From: Squalus acanthias | Taxonomy: Eukaryota | Direction: 5' to 3' | NCBI GenBank assembly: GCA_030390025.1 | Contig: CM059433.1 | Location: 24,802,001-24,866,000, forward strand | Length of the DNA stretch: 64,000 nucleotides | Shown: positions 12,409-25,365 of the stretch, one piece after another | Numbering within the stretch: the first letter of the stretch is position 1 | Layout of the letters: every line of letters starts with the position of its first letter | Position numbers and translations under genes: made by a program | Notes under the pieces: generated by a model | Told to the model about the DNA's origin: nothing | The model's database searches: none | What the model saw: only the letters and a program-made list of their open reading frames with translations

Positions 12409-12849
12409 TATATGTTGTCAGCAAGTCAATAATATTAAAATTCAGCATAATTTGCTGAAAGAAATTAATTCAATCTTTAATTCTAAGGCACGCATGAATA
12501 GTTATTGTATTGAACTTTTTTTAATTGTTCATTAAAATCCAAGACTGTATGACAAAAGACACTACAGACTGAAAATCAGCATGGGTGATATCAGCAGATG
12601 AACCATTAATGCAATCCCATGACATTCGCCTGATCAATTTAATGGTGGCGTTAACCCATTTAACACCAGTAGGTTGATTCCTGTGCTGCTCTTGTCCTTT
12701 TTGATGGTACAGATCACAGGAATGGGATGCATAGCAACAATACATGAATTGAATAGCAGACAAAGGAACATCACTGGAGCAAGTTTCATTTGCTGATATC
12801 GCTCACAGTAATCTCTAGTCTTGGATTTATGACAATTTAAAATTCAACA

Positions 12850-13222
12850 GCTCCAGCAAACAGCCCCCATTTTTCACACTGAAGGCTTGTGTAGTCTGGA
12901 TCCAACCAGCTGCCTGATTGCAGCATCGATGCAACCCAGTCTGGTGACCTCTACCACAGAAAAGGGGAAAAGCAACAATGTCACGGGTACATCAACACAT
13001 CTAAGTTCCCCTCCAAGTCACACATGATCCTGACTTGGCCGTGTATGTTGCTGCTCCTTCATCCTAGAATTCCTTACTAAACACCAACACAGGAGCAGCA
13101 TCACCACAATGTCTGCAGCGTTTCATGAAGGCCTACCACCATCTTCTCAGAGCAACTTTGGGTGGGCAATAGGTGCAGCCTCGCTAGCGTCAACCACATA
13201 CCAAGAACAAATTTAAAAAAAA
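12850..13222 (+). mobile_element. Degenerate CR1-clade family C 3' end
   Basis: aagttcccctccaagtcacaca..atcctgacttgg and gggcaata match 50790-50980. Confidence 0.7.
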
Positions 13223-13404
13223 CTTATTTATGCTAATGGAACGACTCTGAATTATATACTCAAACTCATACATTATAATGTATACATCTGCAGTTGAATT
13301 AGCTGATAGAATAGTGAAGCACAATGGAACATCAATTAAACAAAAAAAAATCTACATTTCTACATTGTCCAGTATGTATGGTCACCATATAAATGTGCCA
13401 GACT

Positions 13405-13836
13405 TGCCTCAGTGGTAGCACTCTCGTCTCTGAGTCAGAAGGTCATGGGTTCAAGTCCCACTCCAGAGACTTGAGCACATAATCTAGGCTGGCACATCAG
13501 TGCAGTACTGAGGGAGTGCTGCACTGTCGGAGGTGCTGTCCTTCGGATGAGATGTTAAACTGAGGCTCGGTATGCCCTCTCACGTGGACGTTAAAGATCC
13601 CATGGCACTATTCGAACAAGAGCAAGGGAATTCTCTTGGTGTCCTGACCAATATTTATCCCTCAACCAACACCTAAACAGATTATCTGGCCATTATCACA
13701 TTGCTGTTTGTGGGACCTTGCTGTGTGCAAATTATCTGCCATATTCACTGGATTACAATAGTAACTACACTTCAAAAGTAAAGCGCTTTGGGATGTCTTG
13801 AGGTCATGAAACGGCTATATAAATACGTCTTTCTTC
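13405..13836 (+). mobile_element. Deu-domain tRNA SINE
   Basis: Head ctcagtggtagcactctcg..ggttcaagtccc, Deu core and L2-type tail. Confidence 0.87.
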
Positions 13837-13924
13837 AAATGGGATTTTCAAACTTTTCTTTTTTTTCAACTCTCTAAATTTCTTTTAATTGTTTTCTGGT
13901 ACATCACTTTTTTTAACACTTCAG

Positions 13925-14170
13925 GAACCTGTATCTAAATTTTCTGGCAGCCTGTTTGATACAGAAGAAGGTTTTCATCGTAACCGACACATGAGAGCTT
14001 TACTGCGCGATAATCACAGGCAAACCAAGCCAACATGCGCCTTGGGCAGCAGCAAACAACAGGCGTGTAACTCGCTGAACAACGCTGGTGCAGAGAGTAG
14101 GTGTCCAGAGCGAAACGGGGGCCAAACAACACTTTTTATATCCACTGGATTCAAAGGAACTTGGACAAAG
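13925..14170 (+). CDS. Single-PDZ gene, exon B (82 codons, EPVSKFSGSL...TGFKGTWTK)
   Basis: Long T-rich tract with cttcag|GAA acceptor and AAG|gtaaca donor. 246 bp, open, phase 0/0. Confidence 0.75.
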
Positions 14171-14225
14171 GTAACATAAAAGCATCTTTAAGCATTTTCA
14201 TAGTTAAATGATATATATCTATATC

Positions 14226-14848
14226 AAAAGCATAATACTGCGGATGCTGGAAATCTGAAATAAAAACAAAAAATGCTGGAAATACTTAGCAGGTCAGGCA
14301 GCATCTGTGGAGAGAGAAACAGAGTTAATGTTTCAGGTCGATGATCTTTCATCAGAACTGGAAAAAGTTAGAGATGTAACAGATTTTAAGCAAGTGCAGA
14401 GGCAGGGAAAGGGAGGAAAGAACAAAAGGGAAGGTCTGTGATAGGGTGGAAGGCAGGAGAGATTAAATGACAAAAGGTATGATAGTGCAAGGCAAAAGGG
14501 GATGGTAATGGGATAAGTAAAGAAACAAAAGATGGGTCTAGAGGTGGTGTAAATGGCAATAGCAGAATCATCACCAATAGCTGCTGTCCAAAAAAAATGG
14601 GAGCGATGGTTATGATATGAAATTGTTGAACTCGATCTTGAGTCCGGAAGGCTTGTAAAGTACCTAATCGAAAGATGAGGTGCTGTTCCTCGAGCTTCCA
14701 TTGAGTTTCATTAGAGCAGTGTAGGAGGCCAAGGACAGACAGGCTAGAATGGGAGTGGGGCGGAGAATTAAAACGACAGGCGACCGGAAGCTCAGGGTCA
14801 CAATTTCAGATCATAACCATTGCTCCCATTTTTTCAGACAGCAGCTGT
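14226..14848 (-). mobile_element. Penelope-like element 3' part (end of the GIY-YIG region plus terminal repeat) with a short inverted 5' duplication
   Basis: The minus strand reads KLEEQHLIFRLGTLQ. Decayed hammerhead at about 14325-14360. 14801-14848 is an inverted copy of about 14578-14625. Confidence 0.85.
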
Positions 14849-16277
14849 GTGAAACTGGTGTTTGAATTGGGGTGGAAAAGGGATGTTCTTTGCTATTGAG
14901 CTTGGGGATTACAGCTGGAGTCGGTCGGTCAGTCAGACTGACACCATGATGAATGACTGACCACCTGTTCAAGGTTCTGGTCATTTGGAGGCTCAACAGT
15001 GGGGGACAAACCTAACCTGGTGCAAGTGCTGCACTAACAACAGCCTCAACCATTACTGCACCTCCACCGTGGAAAGTAACTGCGAGAAAAAATATATTTT
15101 GTTGTGTTGTGAATAACTGAGAAAAGATGGTTTTGGGGGGAAGGGGAAGAAGAATGAACAAATGAATAAAAAGTACTTGCATGTTAAGCAAATATATCAA
15201 ATCTACTACAGCAGAGTACAAAAATATATAATGGTGTGAACAGCTAAGACTTGGGGGAGGGAAGAACAATGTTACTTACACTTGAAACAAGTTTTATAAA
15301 GTGGGAATTAAATATTACAAATATTATACGCGGGGCATGTACCTTTCAGGATCAGTTAGCTAGCTAGCTTTAGGTGAGTTCATTCTATGACAGTAAGACA
15401 ATAAGCTCACAAGCAAAGTTTCACTTATCTAAACTTTAAGGCTCCAAATAAGGTGAGGTGATTACAAATCAAGCAAACCTGATTCAGGGAAACAAGGTCT
15501 ATCGAGTATACAGTTATTTGAGCTCCATCTTCCTGGGTCGAATCCAAATTCCTGTTACAATTCGCTGGTTTATTTACCTTTCTTGATTTAAAAATCACTT
15601 CTACGTGTCCTTATAAGACATGCAACTACCTCTCTCAACTATAAGATGCGTATATATAACAAATGGATAAAGTTATACTATTGATTGACGTGAGGTAGGC
15701 CACACAATGGTGGCCACTCATACAGGGTATAGTTCCATAGGTGCTAGCAGCCCTCAGTACCTCACTCAAGTAAGGCAAGTATCAATACACTACAGTGCTT
15801 TAAGAAGGACTTGACCAAGTTGGTACGGGAGAGCGACTTTGCGGCATATTAGGGGTATGGGTTAGTTAAGTTTGTCTAGTGATGCATTACAGGTAAAACT
15901 TTTGACTCCCCCAGGAATTAGCATTACTGGTAGTTGGGTAGGGTGCTGTACAAAGTTTCACTGTCCAGTTAATAGGGTAGATACTGATTGGCCTAATAGT
16001 CTTTCCTCTCTTTCCTACTTTACATTTGTCCGTATTTGTTGCCCATGACCGTGGCAGTGATTTTGACCAGTCTATTTGACTGAGCCCATCCTGTTCTCAC
16101 CTAACATCCACACGCTGACTTTCCAGCAACTGGGAGCAAAAACTCTCTTTCTAGGGGAGCTGTGGCCACTGGTATTGCAACAGACAAGGCATTTACCTGC
16201 AGTGACCGCCTGTGTATAAACTCTTCACAAAAATACATTACCAAAAACAGTGCAATTTCTGATTTTTTTCTTAAAAG

Positions 16278-16367
16278 CTCAATATTACAGTGTGCAGCCA
16301 GATGGGAAGTCTGGGGATCAGCATTGCTGGAGGAAAGGGGTCGTCTCCATATAAAATCAATGATGAA
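16278..16367 (+). CDS. Single-PDZ gene, exon C: PDZ N-terminal part (LNITVCSQMGSLGISIAGGKGSSPYKINDE)
   Basis: ttaaaag|CTC acceptor and GAA|gtaagt donor, 90 bp. LGISIAGGKGSxPYK matches the Scribble PDZ1 carboxylate-binding loop and betaB strand. Confidence 0.95.
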
Positions 16368-17109
16368 GTAAGTTTTTCTAAGTTAAACATGATGAAAAAT
16401 ATGAATTTAATTGACTTGCAATCTCGGAGAAAATGTTTGCTCTTGATGGTGAATTTTGGAAGAAAATTTTGAATGAATTATATTACTAGCAAAGCAGAAA
16501 TATGTTGTGTTATACACACATTGTGTGAATATGTAGCTAGTTATTCAAAAATATTCCCGATTACCAAACGCATTTCCCCAGCAGATTTCTCATGCCCTCG
16601 CGTGTAGCTGCTGGAGAATCATTAACTAGCAGCCATGAATCATTCTGGGTGTGGTAGCAGGTAGTGTGCTGCCTGGTATGTATGACTGGAATAGATGACA
16701 ACTCAGCTGAACTATTTCTGATTACGATTATTGATACTTTAGACTAGGTGGAAGCACACCGTTTCACAGGGTAGAAGTGACCAGCTGTTGTGTGCTGCAC
16801 TCTGGAGTTCAAATCAATGCTTGTTAGTTTTTGTTTTCTGTCTACATTGCTCCATTTTTGAAGTATTTTATTTTCTCTCCCTATCTAGGTCTGCCTGTGC
16901 CATTTACCCTTTCTTGTTGGAGAAAGTTGGTAGGGGACATGTGCCCAGACCAGTTTAAATTGACTGGGAGGTAACATGCAAGGTTAGGGTGGGCAGTGGT
17001 GGTGGTAGCAAAACCTCCCAAGGCTCTTACAGGAGCATTATCAAACATAAGTCGGTGAGTCTCTTACACTCGTGAAATAAACCCAGGAGCAATCTTCCTT
17101 TGCTGTGAT

Positions 17110-17258
17110 TTTTTTTTATTCGTTCCTGGGATGTGGCGTCACTGGCAAGGCCAGCATTTATTGCCCATCCCTAATTGCCCTTGAACCGCTACAGTCCGTG
17201 TGGTGAAGGTACTCCCGTAGTGCTATTAGGGGGGGGAGTTTCAGGATTTTGACCCAGC
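17110..17258 (-). mobile_element. CR1-clade family C extreme 3' end
   Basis: ggccagcatttattgcccatccctaattgcccttga is identical to about 8330-8365. Confidence 0.8.
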
Positions 17259-18589
17259 GATTGCCCAATAATTGTTGCTTTTGTATGTGTGTATCTGCCC
17301 AGTTGACTTTCTGTTTCTTTATCTTTTATTGGGGCTTTGACTCTGGTTGTATATCTTATCTGGTCCTGTCCAAAGATTATGGATGCAGCAGGGCCCTTTT
17401 GCTAAATACTGAGCACTCCTTCGAAGTTGAGAATTGGATAGAATGTATTGCTTTAGAATAAAGTTGGCTCTTTGTCCTCTTTATTGAAAAAAACTGGAAA
17501 TATACAGTAGGTCTGTCAACATCTGAAAAGAGAAAGCTAAGGTTTTGGGTAGAGAACCATTGTTAGAACTTTTACTTGAAACATTATGTATGTTTTTTTT
17601 TAGATGCTGATGAACCTGCTATGTATGAAGACCTTTGTTTTTGTTACAGAAGCATTGGCTAACAATTTAAATATTTCTCATGCCATCCTGAAAAAGGTTT
17701 ACTGTATAAAACATTTATCACTTTTATAGTTTCAAAATGTAATGGAGAGCAACTTCAGGGGCAGGCCTGGAGGTTAAAACCCATTTCAGCAAATTAAAAG
17801 ACAATTACATTTATTCAGGAGCCTGGTTACGATTTTCATCGTCTGCGTTCAAACAGAGTTTGTGAAATTATTTTTTGAAACACTTTTTATTATGGAGATC
17901 ACTAAAAGCCTTGCATGAAGGCCCGTGCAAAGGGAAAGGTATCCTTGATGATGATGATAGATGGCTGTGGGGTGTGGGAGTATACCCTTGAGCTCTATCT
18001 GTGCAAGACTCCACTGGCAGCACCGAGCTTTGGTCGGCAAGTGTGTACCGGTGAGGATTTGAGTGCGCAGACTTGATTTGCAGTGCATCGCGTTTTATGG
18101 CAAAGAAAAGTAGCAGGCCCACCCTAGTCTCTTTTGTAATGTGCCAATTATAGTAATCAGATCCCACAATGAATGTCACATTATTCAGGTGAGCTTTGCC
18201 CCTGGTGCTTATCACCCACATGTAAAATGGATACATGCTCTGTTGAGGTTCGATCCTTAAAGCTAGCTTTCTGTAGGAAAAATTGATACTAATCTTTTTT
18301 TTGAATAAGTTGGATGTTGCTCCATGCATTGGTTTCTGTTGCTGCGAAGGGCACTATTTTTGCAGGGTCTATTCCCCTCACTGTTTTTGCTGTTGTAACT
18401 GAAGTTGCAGCAAACATGGGGCTGAGGATGGGCATTCATTAGGGGGGTTTCCATCCCAGTCCACAATTTAGATGAGGAAGATGAATTCTTGAAGGGGGCA
18501 TCAAATGCAGACTCGATGACTGAGGCATCCGCACCCTCCGTACCCCAGCCCCCCCCCCCCCACCCCCCATTTGTTGACCCTTGACCCTG

Positions 18590-19400
18590 CGACCTGCACA
18601 TGTCTGAGAACATTTGTCTCGGCTGCTTCTGCTTCACTGGAGAGGCTGTCACAGTTAAGCCATCTGCTTCAGGCTGCCCGGCAGACAACTTCTACCACAG
18701 GGATATCTCTTTCCGTAGCTGTGAAGGTTACCACAGCGGTAAGCTTTTATGCTACTGGATCCTTCTAAGCCACCGCAGGGGATATCTGCCAGGTCAGCCA
18801 GTCTGCAATCTTATAATGTCCATCACTTCCTTGATACAGCTATGTTTATTGCTTTCTCTTTGGGAAGGAGGCATCAGTTGGATAATGCACTGGTGGCAGG
18901 ATTGCTATGAGTGCAAGACATAGTAGATGGCACCCCATGTTGGTATCAGGCCTTCCTCACATCAACCCCACAACTGACATCAACAGTAAAGTCTTTCATT
19001 TGATTAATATTCCGGTGGTTTGTGACCACAGAAATGTCATAACAAAATAGATGCCCATTATCAAGAAGCAGCTTCCTATCCAGAAGTTATGTTGCCTGCA
19101 TTGCTTAAAGGCTAATATACACTGAAGAATGTCTGCTATCCTCTGCAGCGATGATGAATGACTCCACCGAGAAACCCCTAAACAGCAGTGGAATGTAAAT
19201 ACAATGAGGCAAATACCTCAACCGGAAATGCTGTAGAGCAGACCATTAGAATGCTAAAATAAAGCTTCTGCTGTTTGGACAGTTTAGGTGGGGTGCAAAG
19301 AGGAGTAAGCATTCAGCAGGACGAAGAAGTACAGCAGTAGCAGAGGAGGAAGAAGCACAGGTGCAGCCAGAAAGATTGGTGCAGCAGGTACTCATTGATC
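18590..19400 (+). mobile_element. Highly decayed Harbinger transposase (intronic)
   Basis: LSVAVKVTTAVSFYATGSF, a VDGT-like motif near 18923, VVCDH, and YNEA...AVEQTIRMLK...CCLD. Confidence 0.8.
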
Positions 19401-20289
19401 ACGCTTCTAGTAATTCCCAGCCCCTGCACAAGTATTGCAGCAGAATGAAATCTCTTACAGTGGACCCACAAACAATATGCTGTACCTTAAACTGCCATCT
19501 TGCACCATCCTCCCATCGTTTCCTACCTAAACATGGTCCTTCCCAGCAAAAACTGTCTGCATCCAAGGAGAAATAAAATACCCCAAATTTATTGGGTGAT
19601 ATTTACCTGGCAAAGAACTTCTAGTGCCTACCACTGTGCCTCCCCTTGGTATACCTATAAGGTATGTTTCTCCTATCTAACCTACTACTACATCGAAATG
19701 CTCCCTCAGGTGGGGTGCCAGATTCTGGGTAAACTGAGGCCAATTGTAGTGTCCCCATTGGCTGAGATCAGAACAGACTGGTAATCAGACCTGAAACTTT
19801 CCTGCTCTGTATGGCTTGAGACTTCTTATAATAGACTGTGTAATTTGTACTGGCAGGGACTCTGAGTTTTAAAATCTCCTGATGGAGATAACTAACCAGA
19901 AGTTCCAAGAATAAGACGTTGAAATTTCTCCCTAATCTCAAGCATGATTGGGTGTAACAACTCCAGGCTGCTGAAACTAGAATCCAGAGAGAAATTTCAC
20001 ACAATTGTACGATCCTTCTCGTGAACAGCTGCTTGGGTACCTGTTTGTTCTTTGCTGTTTTTGTTATATGAGGGGATGGGCGAAAAAAAAGGATTTGGCA
20101 TTTTGAGAAAACAGCCCTAATCTTCATTGTCTTATGATGTACAAAATGCTTCCCGCATTTACACAGAGGGTTTCGCTACCGTATGTAATTGCAGTCTGAT
20201 TCAGAGAGTTAATTAACTTCTGATTGCAAAACAAGACTTGTCCTTTAACTAATGTAACAAATAATGATTCATAGTATTGTCTGTGCCAG

Positions 20290-20367
20290 GGAATCTTCAT
20301 TTCAAAAGTATCGAAGGGGGGTCCTGCTGATCTTGCTGGTGTACAAGTTGGAGACATGGTACTGGAG
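20290..20367 (+). CDS. Single-PDZ gene, exon D: PDZ middle (GIFISKVSKGGPADLAGVQVGDMVLE)
   Basis: tgccag|GGA acceptor and GAG|gtatgt donor, 78 bp. Classical PDZ pattern GIFISxV..GPA..AG..GD. Not in the ORF track. Confidence 0.95.
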
Positions 20368-20499
20368 GTATGTTTGTGAAACTCCTTGTAACCACTTCAG
20401 ATTGATCCCATTCCATTATTAGCAGAATTTGAGAAACATTGCTGATTTCTCTGTGTTTACATCCCTGTTTGAATATATCAAGACAATCTGACAAAGATA

Positions 20500-20949
20500 A
20501 AGAACAAAAAGAAAGACTGCCATTTATATAGTGCCTTTCACAACCTCAGGACATCCCAAAGCGCTTTACAGCCATTGAAGTACTTTTGAAGGTTAGTCAC
20601 TGTTGTAATGTAGGAAATGTGGCAGCCAATTTGCGCACAGCAAGGTTCCAGAAACAGCAGTGTGATAATGACCAGATAATCTGTTTTGATGATGTCGGGT
20701 GAGGGATAAATATTGGCCGGGCCACCAGGGAAAACTCCCCTTCTCCTCTTTGAAATAGTACCATGGGATCTTTTACACCCACCTGTTTAACGTCTCATCC
20801 AAAAGATGGCACCTCCGACAGTGCAGCACTCACTCAGTACTGCACTGCAGTGTCAGCCTAGATTTTGTGCTCAAGTCTCTGGAGTGGGACTTGAACCCGC
20901 AACTTCTGAGTTAGAGGCAGGAGTGCTACCACTGAGCCACCGTTGACAC
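20500..20949 (-). mobile_element. Deu-domain tRNA SINE
   Basis: Full head-core-tail structure in reverse orientation. Confidence 0.87.
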
Positions 20950-21859
20950 GAGATGTTAATTAGTTTATATTATTTAAAAGAAGGTGCACTTTCAACAGGC
21001 TGCGCGAGCTTGGTTTGTTTAAGGAGGTGGGAAGTGTTCTCATTGGAAAAGTGGAAACTTTGAAATGATCCAACTGTTGATTTCCAGAGTATGAAGTGAG
21101 TTGACAATATTGACCCAGGCAGTGAAGGGTTCCGATACCAGGGACACAAGTTTACAAAGTAGGAACCTAGGAATAAAGCAGGGGGGGGGGGGGGGGGGGG
21201 GGGGTGGAGAAAGTCAGGCAAAGGGCAAGGGAGTTGTGGAATAAGACTTGAAGTGAACAGTACCAGAGAGTTCAAGCAGCAGCTAGATGCGTTAGTGGAG
21301 AAAGATGGATTGAGATATGTGAGGAGGTAAGTGGGGTTCAGATCAATTTAAAGGGGACAAGTACCTATCCTTGAGCATTTCTCTACTTGTAATGTGCCTC
21401 ATCTCTCTGCTCATACTCAGAAATAATTGAAAGTTTTCAACACCTTCCTGGCAGGACAGGTTAGCACATGTGCAGAAATTATTTTCTTATTGTTCAAAAT
21501 GCCTCATATGGATAGGGTAGATTAGCTTCAGGTTTTAAAAATGGTAAGCTCACAGCTTGCTGTGGCCTTGATGGTTGCTGGAGCCAAGTTTTCAAGGTTT
21601 TGCTGGTTGTTTTATTGAATTGAACGCAGCGTAAAGAATGCATTTCAGCCCTTGGGCCATTTCTCTCAAACCTTGAAATGTGGCTCCTCAAATATTGGCT
21701 GACCCAGTTAAATAATATTCGAAGCAGTTAATGTATCCATAAAATAATATTCAAAAAGAGTGCTCAAAGGAAAACCAAACCGAGTACACGTTTGCTGTAA
21801 GGGTTCCCTCTGTAGGGCGCGCAGCTGGCTTTTCTAGTGTCGCTGCTTTTACATAACTA

Positions 21860-21949
21860 ACTTACCTGACGAAGGAGCGAACTGCTTCGAAAGCTTGTAA
21901 AATTAAATAAATCTGTTGGACTATAACCTGGTGTTGTGCGACTTCTCAT
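21860..21949 (+). mobile_element. 90-bp Penelope-type 3' terminus (second family) containing a hammerhead core
   Basis: ttac-CTGACGA-A-GGAGC-gaact-GCTTC-GAAA-GCTT-gtaa, then aataaa. 13-bp TSD ttttacataacta at 21847-21859 and 21950-21962. The same terminus occurs inverted at about 30795-30840. Confidence 0.78.
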
Positions 21950-22699
21950 TTTTACATAACTACAAATCATTCCCAAATAATACACTGCAGAAAACTTTGT
22001 TAACTACTGTTACACAGTGCTTATGGCTCAGAACAAAATTCGACACACAGCTGTTATCTCACATACACGGAATGTGCCCATTTAGACAACACCCAAGTGG
22101 AACTACTCTGTCACGCGCCACAGGCAGTTTAATAGATTTAAAGAAAACACCTCCCAACTGCTGTGTGCTGGCTCTCCTTGTCAGCAGACTAACACCTGTA
22201 GTCATGGCAATATCCTTGTAGTGACTGCCACTAAGCATTGTGGAATGTTAATAGTGCAAATAAAAACCTTTGCTGTTGCTACTTGGCTGATTTGCAAAAA
22301 AAAATTGCTTGCATATTCCACATGGAACTCAAACATCAGCTGCTGAGGAAAATTGAACCAAAGAAACCTGCACCGAGATCATATTGTAACAAGCATGTAT
22401 ACACGGCCCTTTGCTGCCTCTACTTCCACGTTCAATCATCAACTGGTGATTTCACATCTATTGGGCCGACATCTGCCCCTAAGTATCCTGGGACGTTATT
22501 ACACACTGCTTCATAGTGTTGTCTTTTAAATTATTCCACACAAAAGTCAAACACCAATATTGTTTGACTGGAATGATGCAAGTGAAGCTGTTGAAAATTA
22601 TGTTTATTCAACGAGTAAGGAAACCTGTAGAACTCAGTTGTGACTTTGACATTCATAAGTTCCACAGGTCTCCTTCACTATTGGAATAAGCATGGGGAG

Positions 22700-23335
22700 G
22701 GGGGTGACTTTGGGTTGCTGTGGTAACCGGGCAGGTGGCAGGCATTGTGATCGGGCCGATTGCTGCAGTGAGGCTCAGAGACCCAAACCATCTTGGTGGT
22801 CAGGCCTCGTAAGCATGTGGCCGAGGAGCTGCGAGCGCTGAACGACACTTCAAGGCTGGTCGCGGAAGCTGGGTAATTGTCCGGTTCCTACTCCGGACTT
22901 GCCGACGGTACTGACCCGGGGGATTGTGGGGGGGGTGGGGGGGGTGGTAGAGGGTCCTGTGGGGAGCCGGGCAGAGACCGGTAGTAGGCCCCAGTATTTT
23001 TGTGGGGCCTGGAAGAACACTCCTGCTCCTCCTGGCCACACAAAAATGAGGGGAAAAGAAAAATTGCGGCCTTTTTTGAAGTGGCCTGCGGTGGTCCCAG
23101 GTTAGGCTGCTCCACGACTTGGACAAATGGGCGCAGGACATGCTCATGTATCAACAATGGGTCCACGAAGATCACAATGGGGTCCTACAATGGGCGTAGG
23201 GCCTTGATTTAAATAAGGCTCCCACAGGATGGATGCCTATTTCAAGGCCCGCAGGATGTGACTCACCGATTTTTCGTGCAGCTGCTGCCCTGTTCTTGCC
23301 AGGAAATGGGGTAGAGAGCAGAGAAAAGTCAGCCC
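22700..23335. mobile_element. GC-rich MITE-like element
   Basis: Imperfect TIRs gggggtgacttt / aaaagtcagccc around a GC-rich island in an AT-rich intron. Confidence 0.6.
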
Positions 23336-23430
23336 GATTGTATTTAATAATGTAATATTCACCATCCTCTATTTACAGGATCTTCCAAAATGGCTAATAA
23401 TAAATGTCAACAAGGTCTCTGCCTTTGCAG

Positions 23431-23712
23431 GTCAATGGAATAAGTCTACAAAACGTTACCCACCATGAAGCAGTGAGTGCCCTGAGGAATTCCGGGGCCG
23501 TGATTAAGATAGTTATTTTGAGGGACAGGTCGGTGACAACTGACGGCACTGTTGCCTCCAACTTGAACAGTGGTGAGGCAGACCCTGTTCGACCTCATCA
23601 AAATGAACGGTCCAGTTTTCTAAGTCATCCAGCTGCCAGCGACAAGGAACCAGAATCGGAGGGTGTCTTTCTTGAAGACAGGATGACAACTACATGCAAT
23701 GGAAGTAGCTTG
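23431..23712 (+). CDS. Single-PDZ gene, exon E: PDZ C-terminal part (VNGISLQNVTHHEAVSALRNSGAVIKIVILRD) plus linker
   Basis: ctttgcag|GTC acceptor and TTG|gtaagc donor, 282 bp. VNG...HHEAV.AL is the PDZ alphaB helix. Confidence 0.93.
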
Positions 23713-24373
23713 GTAAGCAAAGCTCATGCATCTGAATTAAGTGAACTAATTCTGACTTTAGCTAGTTTCTTCCTCCCCACCCCATTCCAATTCTCTCCCC
23801 TTGTCCTCATCACCTAAAGATTTTGTTGAGTATATTTAAATGAGCACTGGCAACCCTTACCGTCTCCACATGTGAGCCTGGAGGCTGAATATCTTCACAC
23901 ATGCTGATTTTAGGGGGGGTCATTAGATAGCAATCAAAAGCAGTTGACCTGGCTGATTTTTCCGCTTCTTAGCTTGAAGGTGTTGAGGACAATTTTAACT
24001 AGCAACCACTGTGAGATTAGACAATTCAAAGATTGAATTTGGGCCTTTCTGATCTGTGTGGTTCAGTGCCACACTACCCTGAGCCATTAGGGAAACCAGA
24101 ATTGGTGAGTATGAGAAAGAAGAGCTCAATACGGTTAAATAAATGGGTAGTTTAACTTCCATTATCTAATTCCTTGGTAGTAAAACTGGCTAATGTTATT
24201 TTCTGTGGCAGCTGCTTTGAGTTCTGTCTTTGTTGATTCCACAAGGTGGTGCTGTAGTCAGTCCAATAACCAATCACTCTGGGGTTAGTACTGAGTTTGT
24301 ATCGACTGTGACCGGTATATATATATTTATATAGCTCAACAGCCGTTTCTTTCTTTTATTTATTTTTTATTAG

Positions 24374-24466
24374 GGATTTGTGACATCGGAGAATCGCACT
24401 GTTAACTCTGCAAGTGAGATGCCACAAAAAAGCACCTCGTTCCGTATTGTGAATCATACAATGCCA
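24374..24466 (+). CDS. Single-PDZ gene, exon F (GFVTSENRTV...IVNHTMP)
   Basis: T-rich tract with tattag|GGA acceptor and CCA|gtgagt donor. 93 bp, open, phase 0/0. Confidence 0.8.
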
Positions 24467-24606
24467 GTGAGTAGCAGTGTTTTCCTGTGGTTTTGGGGTA
24501 TTATGTCTTGGAGATTTAGACAAAGTGTAGAACTATCCCATTGACCACCACTATAATAATAGGTTTTGTTCGAACTTTATATGCTTGTGGAAGACCAATA
24601 ATTCTT

Positions 24607-24670
24607 TACTAAAATTATTAGCTTAGATACTAAAATTATTAGCTTAGATACTAAAATTATTAGCTTAGAT
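24607..24670. repeat. Perfect tandem repeat, 3 x 21 bp
   Basis: (tactaaaattattagcttaga)x3. Confidence 0.95.
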
Positions 24671-25365
24671 CTTAAGAAAATGTTTAAGCATACAGTGTAC
24701 TGTGTAGTATTACACGGATCATGATAGGTGCTGCATCAAAAATGGCCAAAGGTATAATTTTCCCCATAACCATACCTGCTTGTCAACCAAGTGTTAAATT
24801 ATCTTTAGGGTCAAGTATGGCTCATGCCATAAGTTTCACAAGTTCCAGCCGCTCTCGTGTGTGAGCCTAGACGGTGTGTTTTGGCTTTGGCAAGCATGCG
24901 ACACCATAGCCAAACCCAATCGTGTCCTTAAACCGAGCACATCTGGTTGCATTTTCCAGTAGGAGTCATTGGATAGCTATCAGAACCACCCCCACCCCCT
25001 CCCCCTCCCCTTTGCCCCCAACACCTCAGGGATGGTGAGGCCAACTGTACTAGTCCCACTGACATCCCAGCTAAGAGAGGCTACTTCAGCACAGACAAGT
25101 TATAACCTGGGACCTTCCTGATCCATGCCCATCAATGCCACAGCAGGTGATGCATGGATTCCTTGAGCCATTGGGGCACATTGTTCTCTAGATGTTACTG
25201 GTGGCTGAGCAATATGGCCACCACAGTGCATAAAATCCACTGGATAGACACAGCACTTAAATTCAGTGGTTGAAAGCAGGTGGGGAAAAAAACATATTCT
25301 TTCGATCCCACCAGCAACACCATCAGGGGCTGAAAAAAATCTGTTTCCAATATTCAATCATGAAA

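Noticed and set aside
21181..21204. Poly-G run as a functional G-quadruplex
   Set aside because: A homopolymer inside a decayed CR1-like segment. Similar C/G runs recur in the window and their length is error-prone.
16278..23712. Calling the gene scrib
   Set aside because: Only one PDZ domain is visible, with no LRR or PDZ2-4 exons and an early stop. Orthology cannot be shown from the sequence alone.
24607..24670. CRISPR-like array
   Set aside because: Head-to-tail repeats without spacers, no cas genes, and a vertebrate context.
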